DNA of 64,000 nt from Octopus sinensis (GCF_006345805.1 NC_043002.1:91946001-92010000), one strand, 5' to 3'. Numbered from the stretch's first letter, positions 1 through 11,434 are shown. Notes: a model not told the origin generated them from the letters alone. Numbers and translations are program-made.

Positions 1-545
1 ACAAAGTGGTGAATTTGGAGGCAAGAAGAATAGCTAACAATCTTAAGATTAGCGATAGGATAGAATATCTTTCCCCTCTCGACCCGCTTTTATTACCCTG
101 ATAGACCATAAAGCCAATTTTAATAGAAACCCCAAATGTAGATTGATTAATCTGGCTAAAACTGAAATAGGTAATATTAGCAAATATATTTTGGACCGTA
201 TTTTAACTAAGTTAGATAGTGAATTAGATTTGAGAATTTGGAAGAATAGTAAGTCAGTTATAGATTGGTTTAAAGGGATTAGCTATAAGCATAACTGCAA
301 TTTTACGCAGTTTTATATTATTGACTTTTACCCGTCAATATCTAGCACTTTACTCCTAAAATCATTATCAACATCGATAACTCGGAAATTGATATTATCA
401 TACATGCGAGGAAATCACTTCATTTTTACGAGGATTCCACCTGGGTTAAGAAGAGTGAGGATTCTCTTTTCGATGTACCGATGGGAGCATAAGACGGGGC
501 TGAGTTATGTATGCTCACAGGAGCTTATATTCTAAACAATCTAAA
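1..545 (+). pseudogene. Penelope-like element (PLE) reverse transcriptase remnant
   Basis: Stitched frames give FITLIDHKANFNRNPKCRLINLAKTEIGNISKYILDRI...WKNSKSVIDWF...QFYIIDFYPSIS...IIHARKSLHFYEDSTWVKK...FDVPMGA*DGAELCMLTGAYILNNL, a PLE-type RT (motifs A and B). Frameshifts near 75 and 330, TAA at 490-492, ends before YxDD. Confidence 0.85.
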
Positions 546-657
546 ACTCGGCCGCCGGGTATGTTTTGTGTCTGCGCGGAGGTTTGGAAAGTTCAGATTT
601 ACAAACCGTTAGAGCTACACGTGCTCTAACGCTCTATGCATCTAGGATTTAGAAGGC

Positions 658-736
658 TACCCACTGACGAACCTTGCCTGGGCAAACATATTCTGTATGT
701 TTTGCTAAAAAGAGGTAGAAACTGATCAGTCTGGGA
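658..736 (+). ncRNA. Type I hammerhead-ribozyme-like motif with long structured stem II
   Basis: CCCA(660-663)-CTGACGA(664-670)-ACCT...AGGT-A-GAAAC(718-722)-TGATCA-GTC(729-731)-TGGG(732-735). Palindromic loop III; one extra A before GAAA. Confidence 0.55.
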
Positions 737-948
737 TACATCTATAATGGTAAATGTTTTTGATTATCATTCCTTTGATGAATTTATCCCTCTTTGTGTT
801 TCTAGCACTTACTTCCTTATTTGGGAGCCTTTATTATATTTCTATACGAAAAATATATTGTCTAATGACTAATTCGTCTTTTGTGCTAGGCCACTGGTAA
901 TAATAACTTATGTTATTACCCTTTTTAATTATGTATATATATATCTAT

Positions 949-1012
949 ATATACGATGGGCTTCTTTCAGTTTCCGTCTACTAAATACAGTTATAAGACT
1001 TTGGTCCAGCAG
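949..1012 (-). mobile_element. SINE-A internal fragment
   Basis: atatacgatgggcttctttcagtttccgtctac matches the full copies at 9299-9713 and 58705-59108. Confidence 0.7.
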
Positions 1013-1699
1013 GATTAAAAATAAAACCTATCAGAGGCTTGAAGAGCTCGTCGCAGAAAAGCCATGGATGTTCCATAGCTGGAGAGGAGACAGGAAACAC
1101 CAGGTATCTATCTGTTGAAACAGGTATTATGGTAAAACTAAATGCAAATGCCTTTACGGTATCTGTTTGAGTTTGGGGAAAAAACGACCGTGGTTCAGTT
1201 GCTTGTTACAAGGTTTTTCAAAGGAACGTGTCGATAAATATGCTGAAGAACCAAACTAAAAATTAAAACAATGTAAAACCTTTATAGTTTAACCTTGCTG
1301 TGTACGAGTATTTTATTTATGTGGAGAAGTACAATATATAACTGATGCGATAAAGAGATATCGAGATATTCTTGGAATATTGTAGAGATTGCTGAAACAA
1401 GATGTAGATATATCATGACAGATAATGGACATAAAATACAGCTTCGAAGGGAGGAAAGCAAGCATGAAAAGGATTTAGGTTCCACTGTGTATAAAGATGC
1501 CTTTTATGGTCTATAATACATTGTGCACAGTTCTACAACAAAATATACACAATAGGACAGGCAGTTAAACCATAGAGTATCATAATAATCCAAAATTTAT
1601 ATTCCAGCTATAATGCTGAAATAGAGAATTACTATGAAAATAAAAATGATAATTGAAAAAAGAAAGTAATGCACAATTGTTAATGAAATCTAGATAAAT

Positions 1700-1945
1700 A
1701 TATTGACTGGAACAGAAAAATTGGATCACATGCTCACGCTGCTTCGGAAAGAGTACTTGGTAAAAATGGCTTGGACAAGCATTGGCAGTTTGCAGAGTGA
1801 AATTGTTAGAATTCATACACAACTCTAATTATAGCAAGTTCGAAAAATTAGCTCATACCATCAACAAGGACAACACACCCAATGTATGGTGGGCAGATAT
1901 ACAGTAACAAGACAAAGTATTTTCTTGTTCCGAAAATATATCACT
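1700..1945 (+). pseudogene. Degenerate APE endonuclease fragment of a non-LTR retrotransposon (RTE/L2-like)
   Basis: Translation IDWNRKIG...SERVLGKNGLDK...LIIASS...TRTTHPMYGGQI...KYFLVPK resembles the GDxNAKxG...G..GLG...TW.HP...IDYILV pattern; several stops. Confidence 0.5.
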
Positions 1946-1984
1946 CGAGTTTGTAGAGATAGTTTTTCAATTCTATACTTTTAT

Positions 1985-2230
1985 TCTTTGGCTGCGACTA
2001 TACTGGAGCACGACCTTGAAGTGTCTTGAAGTGTCTTAGTCGAACAAATCAACTTCAGGACTTCTTTCTTAAGCCTAGTACTTATTCTATCGGTTTCTTT
2101 TGCAGAACCGCAAATTAAGGGGATCGTAAAAGTTCCAACACAGGTTTGTCAAGCGGTAATGGGGGTGCACAAACACAGACAGAAGCCACAAACATACCAG
2201 CACACTCACACACGCACACACACATACAGA
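1985..2230 (-). mobile_element. SINE-A 3' half
   Basis: ctgcgactatactggagcac...ctagtacttattctatcggt...acaaacacagac; ends in the internal CA microsatellite. Confidence 0.8.
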
Positions 2231-2635
2231 GTGTGGGGTGACTAAATTGTCGTTTAAATTACGCAAAAATGAAAATAACACTGACATCTCATTTTAAGAA
2301 AATATATTTACCAAAATTACATAAAAATATCTTGAAATACTAAGAAAGATTCTATTCACTAAAACCGTCATTGGCTTCAGCCACGACCTCCAGATGACTT
2401 CGGAATCTCTTGTAAATCTTCTGGATGGTCTCTTAGATTTAGTTGGCCAATTCTGCCATAATCCTTGCCTGCACTTCATCTTTGGTCTTGCAAGGGGTTT
2501 TGTTGGTCTCTCGCTCAGAATGGACAGATCAGTATATCTGTGAGCCAGAGGTTGAAAGGATAATGGTGATCGAGGAAACGATCACATATTTTGTTTCGAT
2601 GTATCATTGGAATTTACCAAACATCAATGAACACT

Positions 2636-3064
2636 TTGCATGAGTGGCTGTGTGGTATGTAGTTTGCTTACAAACCACATGGTTCTGGGTTCAATCCAAC
2701 TGCATGGCACCTTGAGCAAGTGTCTTCTACTATAGCCTCGGGCCGAACAAAGCCTTGTGAGTGGATTTGGTTGACGGAAACTGAAAGGAGCCCGTCGTAT
2801 ATATGTATATATATATATAAATGTATGTGTGTGTATATGTTTGTGTGTCTGTGTCTGCCCCCCCCACACACACATCGCTTGACAATCGATGCTGGCGTGT
2901 TTACGTCCCCGTAACTTAGCGGTTCGATAAAAGAATCCGATATAATAAGTACTAGGCTTCCAAAGAATAAGTCCTGGGATTAAAGGTGGTATTTGCTCGA
3001 TTAAAGGTGGTACTCCAGCATGGTCGCAGTCAAATGACTGAAACAATTAAAAGAGTAAAAGAGA
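2636..3064 (+). mobile_element. SINE-A, full length (tRNA-derived, CORE-like)
   Basis: A-box TGGCTGTGTGGT, B-box GGTTCAATCC, CORE-like caccttgagcaagtgtctt, internal (TA)(TG) run, tail aaatgactgaaacaattaaaagagtaaaagag. Confidence 0.92.
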
Positions 3065-3328
3065 GACTATTGGATCCACTAAAATGAGTAGGGGAACAGT
3101 GTCCATGACATTTTCAAGACTTCCGAGATTGGTTAGACTAATGTGGTGTATATTAATATAGGACATCCATTGGCCTGTGCCTGTGTGAAAACAAATCCAG
3201 AATGAAGAGATGTTGAAGAGGTTTCTAGTTTTATGAAGGAAAAATTTGTGGAGAGAAAAAAGTGTTCAGTTTGCAGGCTGGGGTATATTAGTTTCATTAA
3301 AGGTTAGAGAAAAATAGTGACCGGGTGT

Positions 3329-3378
3329 TCGCGACTGAGGATGAGCAAAACTAGCTCGAAACCGAGTCGGTATTACGA
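3329..3378 (+). ncRNA. Type I hammerhead-ribozyme-like motif
   Basis: TCGCGA-CTGAGGA(3335-41)-T-GAGC aaaacta GCTC-GAAA(3358-61)-CCGA g TCGGT-A(3372)-TTACGA. Near-palindromic stem III; stem I differences are compatible with CpG decay. Confidence 0.6.
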
Positions 3379-3986
3379 TCCTGTAGTCTGCTTGAGGGTG
3401 ATAGGGATTCACTCCCCTGCTTGCAATATATACAGGGTGCAGGCTGCACCTATCACTAGCTTACAGAATATCTGCCTGGGGTTAAAATAGTAATAACATT
3501 GAACAGCCATATCGACGTGGCGATTAATTTTATGTGGCAGGAATATCTTTTCCTAAAAAATACGCCTTATTTAAAGTGCAAAAATAGTCTTTAATTTCCA
3601 GTACCTATAAATCGCATACAATTAACAATGTCCTTAATAATTCTATTTGAATATTTTATCAATAGTTTCTAGTTTCTGGTGTTAACGTATTTTTTCTATT
3701 CTTTAAGCTAGTTCATTATTTGGCAACAGAAGTCTTCGGAATACGAGATTTACAAATATTAATATTATTTCATGCTAACCTTACATTTCTTTCTTTCATC
3801 AAGGCTATTTTATTTAAAATCTCATTTGCTTTTATCCCACTTTTCTTCGAGTCAACCATTTTCAAATTCTTAATTCTATAAATTCATAAATAACAATAAT
3901 GTTAATTATCTATTGGATACACATTATGGAAAGTAGGAGAAATTTATGTGAACTAATACTTAAACTACTTTTTATTATTTTTATCA

Positions 3987-4004
3987 ATGTCATCATCATC
4001 ATCC

Positions 4005-4049
<45 letters not shown>

Positions 4050-4103
4050 CCATCGTCCTCGTCGTCGTCGTCGTCATCATTATCATCATTATCATCATCA
4101 TCA
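3987..4103. repeat. (ATC)n/(GTC)n microsatellite
   Basis: Direct reading. Confidence 0.95.
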
Positions 4104-4916
4104 TTTAAAGCTAAAATGGATTCTATTGTTCAATTGAAAAACATCTTCAGATTTGCCAAAGGTTTATTGAAAGCTATGCAATGCTGCGCACATTCAACAA
4201 CGTTGACATTTTGATCAAATCATCTGAAGTTCAAATAAGTTAGAAATATTTAACAACAATATGGCAATATTAGAGTTGTTGTTGGGTACATTTTTGTTTG
4301 CATTTTATTAGTTTCCATTTGTGTGTGTGTATGAGAAAGAGAGAGGGTGAGAGAGAGAGGGTGAGAGAGAGAGGGGGAGAGAGAGAGATAGAAGTAAAGC
4401 CAAAAGGAAATATTTCAGTAAAACAAAACCAGCTTGTGACTCCCAGGTTATTTTATTTAAATTTAAGCAAAATGCGGATGTCGAATTAATTTACATAATG
4501 GAATAATGTTGACGACATGACATGGATTAATTCAGCTGCAATAGATCACAATTTATAAATAAGTATATACATAGACTAATCATGTATGGTAATTTACAAT
4601 GGGTTTTTGATCGTGATCTTGATGATACAGGGTGACACAGAAATACAAAAGGAAGGGAAGTGAATTACAGTCAGAGACGTAAAATGTAGTTGAGTGAAAG
4701 TCAAAGAATCATTGCTGTAGTAAATCTATAGTGAGAGAGTTCGCAATGGCCACGATAATATGTATACTGATTGAAATGAAGCTACAAATTTTTGTTGAAA
4801 TTTTGGGAGAAACTTTTTTTTACTTAATTTAAGAGCTTACATAGTAAAAGGGGAAACAAGATAAAGAGCGGAATACTAAATTTGTTGTGTATTATTTTTA
4901 AATTATGGGCGATCGC

Positions 4917-4917
4917 A

Positions 4918-4963
<46 letters not shown>

Positions 4964-5252
4964 CACACAGACACACACACACACTCACTCAAGTACATAC
5001 ACACAAGCGCAAACATGTACATGTACACAGAAGTACACACACAAACACACACAAACACGCGCACGCACGCACACGAACGTGCATGCATACGCACACACAC
5101 ATGCATGAACGCGCATACACACGCGCGCGCGCGTGCAAATGATATAGCTTTTGTTTTCCTGACTTAAATACGACAATCAATCGCTAACAAGACTCGTTCG
5201 TTTCAGAAAAAAATACTTTTGTACAGAGAAATGAAAATTGTAGTATATTTAG

Positions 5253-5309
<57 letters not shown>

Positions 5310-5340
5310 AACAACAACAACAACAACAATAATAATAATA
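4917..5340. repeat. Compound (CA)n, (TA)n, (AAT)n/(AAC)n microsatellites
   Basis: Direct reading; short unique spacer at about 5140-5255. Confidence 0.9.
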
Positions 5341-5848
5341 ACTGATTGGAAGTGTTATCATGTACATTGTTTTGTCTTGGTATAAAAGATGGGCTACAGA
5401 AAATATTCTGCTTAATACCACAGATTTGCTTGTCAGTTGTTTGACTTTAACCAGTTGAGCATGTCCCTTAGTAGTTCGTGATGTGTACATCTCTGATCAC
5501 GAGCAGAAGTAGTGGGGGAGCATCATAGCCATGTGTTGAGAGGGATTCTTTGGAATTTGAATAATTCACCTCTGGAAACATGGGTGGTTCTTTCAACATC
5601 CTTAAACAACCCTTATTCAGGGACCTTTTGAGCGGGATGGGCTACTCAATCAGAAGAAAATTCTAACTGGGCCCCACCTGCAAGGTCATGTGCTGTTTAT
5701 CTTTTTATGAGATCACCATGTCGCGCACATATGGTTGTGATGCATGTGCCTGGTGTACCCTTATCAGACGGGTAGTCATGATGGGTATATTGGGCTTCGT
5801 ATATTTTACCCCAGTGTCACTTTGATGGCATGAACTGCTCTCTCACTC
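5341..5848. mobile_element. Non-coding interspersed repeat embedded in (AAT)n arrays
   Basis: 5582-5848 is nearly identical to 26280-26546. Both copies are flanked by (AAT)n on each side and share the right end ...ctctctcactc(aat)n. Confidence 0.8.
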
Positions 5849-5861
5849 AATAATAATAATA

Positions 5862-5969
<108 letters not shown>

Positions 5970-6059
5970 GGCAAGTTTGTGTGCTTGTGAATTTGTTACT
6001 TTAACTCCTCCGAGACTATCCAACAGACCTTGATGAGACTTGACACGTATGTGTCACTT

Positions 6060-6630
6060 AGGCACTTGGAACTTTTTTTAAAAATTGATTTTTAATCAGC
6101 ATCGATTTTTTAAAAATCGTAAAATTTCGGCATTTCTCGCATTAGCCGTCGTGACATCAATTTGACGAAAAATGCCAAAATTTGATGAAAAATGTTTCCT
6201 GTGAATAAACAGACAGCTTATTAACGGTAATCTATTTAGTATTTGCTAATTTTGCATTTCAATGCGAATTGTTTTGATTTGCTAAAACGTATTATTTCAA
6301 TTCGTTGTTTTAATTCCCCGGCGTTTCAGGTTTTGATTAGGTAAGACCATTTTATTTCTCAAGCAAAATTTAGGAATTTTGTGCACTAGCCGGCGTGACA
6401 TCAATTTGACGAAATCTGTCCCAAAGCGTAAAATTTCGCCATTTTACAACACATGCACAAAGATGAGAACGAAACGGGCTCGCTACAAGACTCTGGTCAG
6501 TTTTTCGCCAAACCGGTCCTACCCATTAATATAGATTTTAAATTTTTGAAAAAAGTCGAAATTTGACGAACAATGTATCATGGCTATAATCAGACATATT
6601 ATCGGTAATTTTTTACCAGGTATCACAGCT
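6060..6630. mobile_element. Probable non-autonomous DNA-transposon-like repeat
   Basis: Internal direct repeat tagccg(t/g)cgtgacatcaatttgacgaaa at about 6143 and 6387; CpG-rich, non-coding. Termini not defined. Confidence 0.35.
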
Positions 6631-6634
6631 AGAA

Positions 6635-6880
<246 letters not shown>

Positions 6881-6904
6881 GTAAAGTATACTATCTATTT
6901 CAAT

Positions 6905-7450
6905 ATGGCTAACCACTAAGGGCGGGTGTTACTCTAGCTTTTAGCCCCAGGAGATCATCGTCTCCAGCTGGCTTTAGACACACTTTCTGTGCCTTTATGA
7001 TATTTGCAAAGGGAGGTCATCCCTCTCTTGTAAACCTAAGTGATACGCACGGACTGCAGTTTCGAGGTAATTTGCCTCTTGTCAACGTACGGTAATCACC
7101 GGTTTTCGATGAGAGAGACCTGTTTGTGAATATCTATTTAATGTTTTTCCCAGTAACCACTGTCACTGATTTCGAAAAACTGTTGGATTATAGGTGGCGT
7201 ATTATATGTGGTAGAAAAGAACCTTTGGCTTTTGTGATTGAAATATTAGGATTTGTGGGAATCAGAAAACGTTTGGTTTAATTCATTTCTGAACATGGTA
7301 GTTATATCAGAGAAGCAATTAAGTGGGGAGTCGTCTCTCTGACGTAGTATTGCGTAGTGATTCATGGCAACAAAATTTACAATGTCGTCTGTTCGCTATA
7401 CGTGGAGCTCCGCAAGAGAGTTTGTAGCAGGTACTCTCAGCTTTAAGGTA
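6905..7450 (-). mobile_element. Probable 3' end of a Penelope-like element (decayed GIY-YIG tail, pseudo-LTR with hammerhead, then (TA)n)
   Basis: Minus-strand peptides CYKLSCG, EQTTL and KRFLIPTNPNISITKAKGSF weakly resemble a PLE GIY-YIG C-terminus. They are followed by the hammerhead at 7091-7046 and about 150 nt running into (TA)n. Confidence 0.45.
7046..7091 (-). ncRNA. Type I minimal hammerhead ribozyme, U3-A8 core variant
   Basis: Minus strand: CGTACG-TTGACAA-GAGG caaatta CCTC-GAAA-C tgca G-TC-CGTGCG. Stem I 6 bp (one G-U), stem II 4 bp closed by G-C, palindromic CTGCAG stem III, GUC triplet with C17 at 7052. Confidence 0.75.
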
Positions 7451-8084
7451 GTTGTACGGATGGCGAGAGAGGTAGATTGTTTTCTAGTAATAAGTGGGAA
7501 AGAGCTCAAATGTAGAAGATAATGGAGAAAGAGCTCAAATGTACAAAATAAGCTCAATCATTCCACCAATGTAAATTCTAGTGAAGTTGACCCGTGTTGT
7601 GTTAACGGTATATTCATATAAGCATTTGCCTTTCATTAGGCAATTACTAAGTACTCTGATATTGCATGTCTTATTGCGTATTTTGAACGGCGCATTATCA
7701 TCCACGGCAGTCATTGAAATTAGCATGATTGTTTGTTTAATGATTAGAATACAGGCACCCAAATTATTATAGTTGGCGTTAATGGTACTCTTACTGGGTG
7801 CATGATTGCTCGTATTAGTAGCATCTACGCCGCCATCAATAATTGTATTAGCCACATTATGGGTGCTGTCAAAGTAAACAGTAGCCTTTATATTCTTCAT
7901 TGCTTTCAAATATAAAATTATGATTCACAAAGGGCTATATTGCCATGTGAATAGTGATGGACTATATTTCCTAAACAGTAGCAACTGGGGCTGATGTTAC
8001 TATTACAGAGGTATTGGTAATATACCAGTTATGGCAGCGATTATTAGTGACCTTATCATTAATATTACTATAATTATAAGGGAT

Positions 8085-8190
8085 TTTTTCCAGTTCAAAT
8101 CCTGCCAGGATTACTTTATATCCCATTCATCGAATGTCGATAAAATAAGCATCAGACAAGTACTGGATCGATGAAATCGATTTGACTTGT
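8085..8190 (+). mobile_element. SINE-B degenerate fragment
   Basis: agttcaaatcctgccagg...tgtcgataaaataagcatcag...ggatcgatgaaatcgatt aligns to the SINE-B centre. Confidence 0.6.
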
Positions 8191-8215
8191 AGACTTATCA
8201 CTATATAAATCATTA

Positions 8216-8299
8216 TTGATGTTCTTGTTGTTCTTGTTGTTGTTGTTGTTCTTGTTATTATTATTATTATTATTATTATCATTATTATTATTATTATTA

Positions 8300-8331
<32 letters not shown>

Positions 8332-8393
8332 CATTTTTATTATTATTATTATCATCATCATCATCATTACTATTATTATCAATGTTATTATTA

Positions 8394-8448
<55 letters not shown>

Positions 8449-8532
8449 TTGTTATCATTTTTATTATTATTCTTCTTATTATTATTGTTATCATTTTTAT
8501 TATTCTTATTATTCTTCTTCTTCTTCTTCTTC

Positions 8533-8566
<34 letters not shown>

Positions 8567-8613
8567 CATCATCATTACTATTATTATCAATTTTATTATT
8601 ATTTTTATTATTA

Positions 8614-8654
<41 letters not shown>

Positions 8655-8658
8655 GTTG

Positions 8659-8701
<43 letters not shown>

Positions 8702-8702
8702 C
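8216..8702. repeat. (TTA)n/(TTG)n/(TTC)n microsatellite block
   Basis: Direct reading; source of several poly-I/L/Y/N ORFs. Confidence 0.97.
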
Positions 8703-9298
8703 TTTTTTCCATTTAGTCATTGGACAGTGGGCATACTGGGACAAAACAATATACATCTATGTGTATGTGTAAGCGCGTGTCCAATCTAACTGCTTGTGTG
8801 TTACACGTAGGCTGAGAGAAGAAGGGATGGAAATAAAAAATAGAGTGAGACAGTGAAAGAAATAGAGAGAGAGGAAGAGAGAGAGAGAGAGAGAGAGGGT
8901 GGGAGGGAGGGAGTGGGAGAGAAAAAAGATGTACTCATTCTTTTGTTGTGAAACAATGTGTTTCCTTCATTCCTAAGTTAATCAATATGTTAAGGTTATC
9001 ATATTGATTAAATATGTAAGTAGTGACCAATCTTAAACCTGCTTCAGTCATTAATAATTCATATGAACACTTCAAAACAGGTTATTGAAAAAAATATCTC
9101 AACATTCATTCTGTTAACTCTTCCATTTGTAAAACTAAATCAAGTGTATGGACGATTGATTCACTGGATAGACCTCATTGATTTCTCTTCCTGACATCTT
9201 GCTTGCTTCATCGTAATTTAGAAATTATGTCGTTATCTTTATTTCTGTTGATACTGATGCTGTTGTTATTGTTGTGGTTGTTGTTGTTGCTATATTAT

Positions 9299-9713
9299 TA
9301 CTCTTTAACTCTTTTAATTGTTTCAGTCATTTGACTGCGGCCATGCTGGAGCACCGCCTTAAAGTCGAGCAGATCGACCCCCAGGACTTCTTCTTTTTGT
9401 AAGCCTAGTACTTATTCTATCGGTCTCTTTTTGCCGAACCGCTAGGTGACGCGGATATAAACACACCAGTATCGGTTGTCAAGCAGTGCTAGGAGGACAA
9501 ACACAGACACACAAACATACACACACACACACATATATATACATATATACGACGGGCTTCTTTCAGTTTCCATCTACCAAATCCACTCACAAAGCTTCGG
9601 TCGGCCCGAGGCTAAAGTAGAAGACACTTGCCCAAGATGTCACGCAGTGGGACTGAACCCGGAACCATGTGGTTGGTAAGCAAGCTACTTACCACACGGC
9701 CACTCCTGCGCCT
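9299..9713 (-). mobile_element. SINE-A, full length
   Basis: Reverse complement of the 2636-3064 type; head ends ...accacacggccactcctgcgcct. Confidence 0.95.
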
Positions 9714-9784
9714 ATATGTAGATGATCATGTGGGGATAACATTGGACTGCATCATTTAATATATCTTTCCTTTTCAGAAGCAAG

Positions 9785-9848
9785 TATTCTTTCTTTTATT
9801 CTTTTATGTTTCAGTCCAAAGGCTGTGGCCATGCCGGAGCACCGCCGG
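9785..9848 (-). mobile_element. SINE-A tail fragment
   Basis: gtttcagtccaaaggctgtggccatgccggagcaccgcc. Confidence 0.7.
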
Positions 9849-10889
9849 TGAAATATAAGCGAGCTAGCGAGCACGGAGGCTGTTGGGGGCGCGCGCCGGA
9901 GTGCGACAACGACAGCAAAGGTGAGGGCGCTCACGTACGGGCAGACGATGTGGTGACGGCACATCGAGGACACACCGGCCTTGTAGAACCAAGAGGCAAA
10001 TACCTGCTGTCGGCGATCGCTAAGCAGAAAAGGGTGATGAGAAATGCCTTTCCAGATAACTACCTCGCCCGATCAGCAAGAAAGATTTTGTAGCGATTTA
10101 ACTTCTATACCATGCTTTTTCATTGGTTTATATTAAGTGTTATAAAATTACAACTTCTAGACTACAGTTGTACTTTTGTCTGTTTGTTGGGTGCATGACA
10201 GTAAAAGAATGAGAAGCAAGAGGTTCGTGTTTGGTCACTCAGAACATTTCGTGTTCTTGGTCAAGATATTAGTTGTTTCAAATTTTGGCACAAAGCCGGC
10301 ATGTCCATGGAAAGGGATAAGAGGATACGCCGATTTTCAATCGAATTTTACAGTGGAAATCTAGATACGACAAAAAAGTTATTAAACATATATAAACACA
10401 CACATATATATACACATATACATACATATGTATGTGAGTATGTACGCATATATGTATGTATGTATGTATGCATGTATGTTTGCTTGTGCAATGTCCGCAC
10501 ATATGTACATAAATAAATACTATGTCGTAAGTTTAATTTTACCCTCTTTAACAGCAGTGTTCATCTGTGAGATAAAAAGTGCATTTAAAGTTACCCCTAT
10601 TTCCAATGTGATTTTTACAAAATATAATAAACAAAATGGAAACGGAGCGCAGCAAAGAGATTCGGAAAGAATATACATTCATCCTAAACAGAATTTTACT
10701 TGGTGTGAAAAATACGAAGTTTCCAACTGAAGATGAATTCAAAATTCATTGTAACTTAATTTTTGTTTTGTTTTTTACAAGTGACACTATAAATAGGCAG
10801 TCATTATGAAACGCATGCGATGTGAGCCAGCGAAAGACAAAAGCGCATAGAATGACGCACATCTGAGATGATACTTTCCAAAGACATTT

Positions 10890-11319
10890 GGATCTTTTCG
10901 GTTTGAACGGCACTTTTTAACATAATTTCTAGGTAACTAAAAAATTTTAAACTTCGTATACTGGTAGAATGTGTTTATAAAACATCTTTTTCTTTTGGCT
11001 TTATTGAGAAAATTCTACAGTTTGTAAGATATTTGTTGTTTTTTTTCTTCAATTTCTGCAATTTCAACCAATCACTGACGTCTATTAAAGTAAAAAAAAA
11101 CATTCTGTGCCGTATGAATATGTCCCTCGTTTAAGAAACAGATTGGGTTTATTTACATTTGTGAAAAAAAAAGATACCCATCCCCCCCACCCCTAACCCT
11201 CGCCCCAACCCTAATCCTAACTAACCCTAACTAACCCTAATCCTAAAACAGATTGAAATCCAATAGCTCGATACTAGGGTCATAATTATGGGTTAAAATT
11301 TCATGACACCCGTAGATCC
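10890..11319. mobile_element. MITE-like element carrying telomere-type (CCCTAA) repeats
   Basis: Starts ggatcttttcggtttgaacggc; degenerate CCCTAA array at about 11191-11246; ends ...agatcc (11314-19), the reverse complement of the first 6 nt. Confidence 0.5.
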
Positions 11320-11434
11320 CGATATTTCAACAGTAAAGGTAACAGTATGGAATATGGCGTCTAAGCCAACATATTAAATATACTTCAAATTTTCCTTTTT
11401 CTCCCAACGACATTTCATATCCTTTACTTTTACC

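Noticed and set aside
490-492. Possible selenocysteine recoding in the PLE RT, as reported for some PLE clades
   Set aside because: The in-frame stop is TAA, not TGA, and it replaces a usually conserved Tyr.
7535-7909. 124-aa minus-strand ORF
   Set aside because: Low-complexity ATT/AGT-like decayed repeat; no motif.
10726-10750. CTGAAGA followed by a TGAAT/ATTCA hairpin
   Set aside because: No GAAA or stem III, so not a hammerhead. Similar partial cores at 27640-27655 (-), 30110-30125 and 47890 were also discarded.
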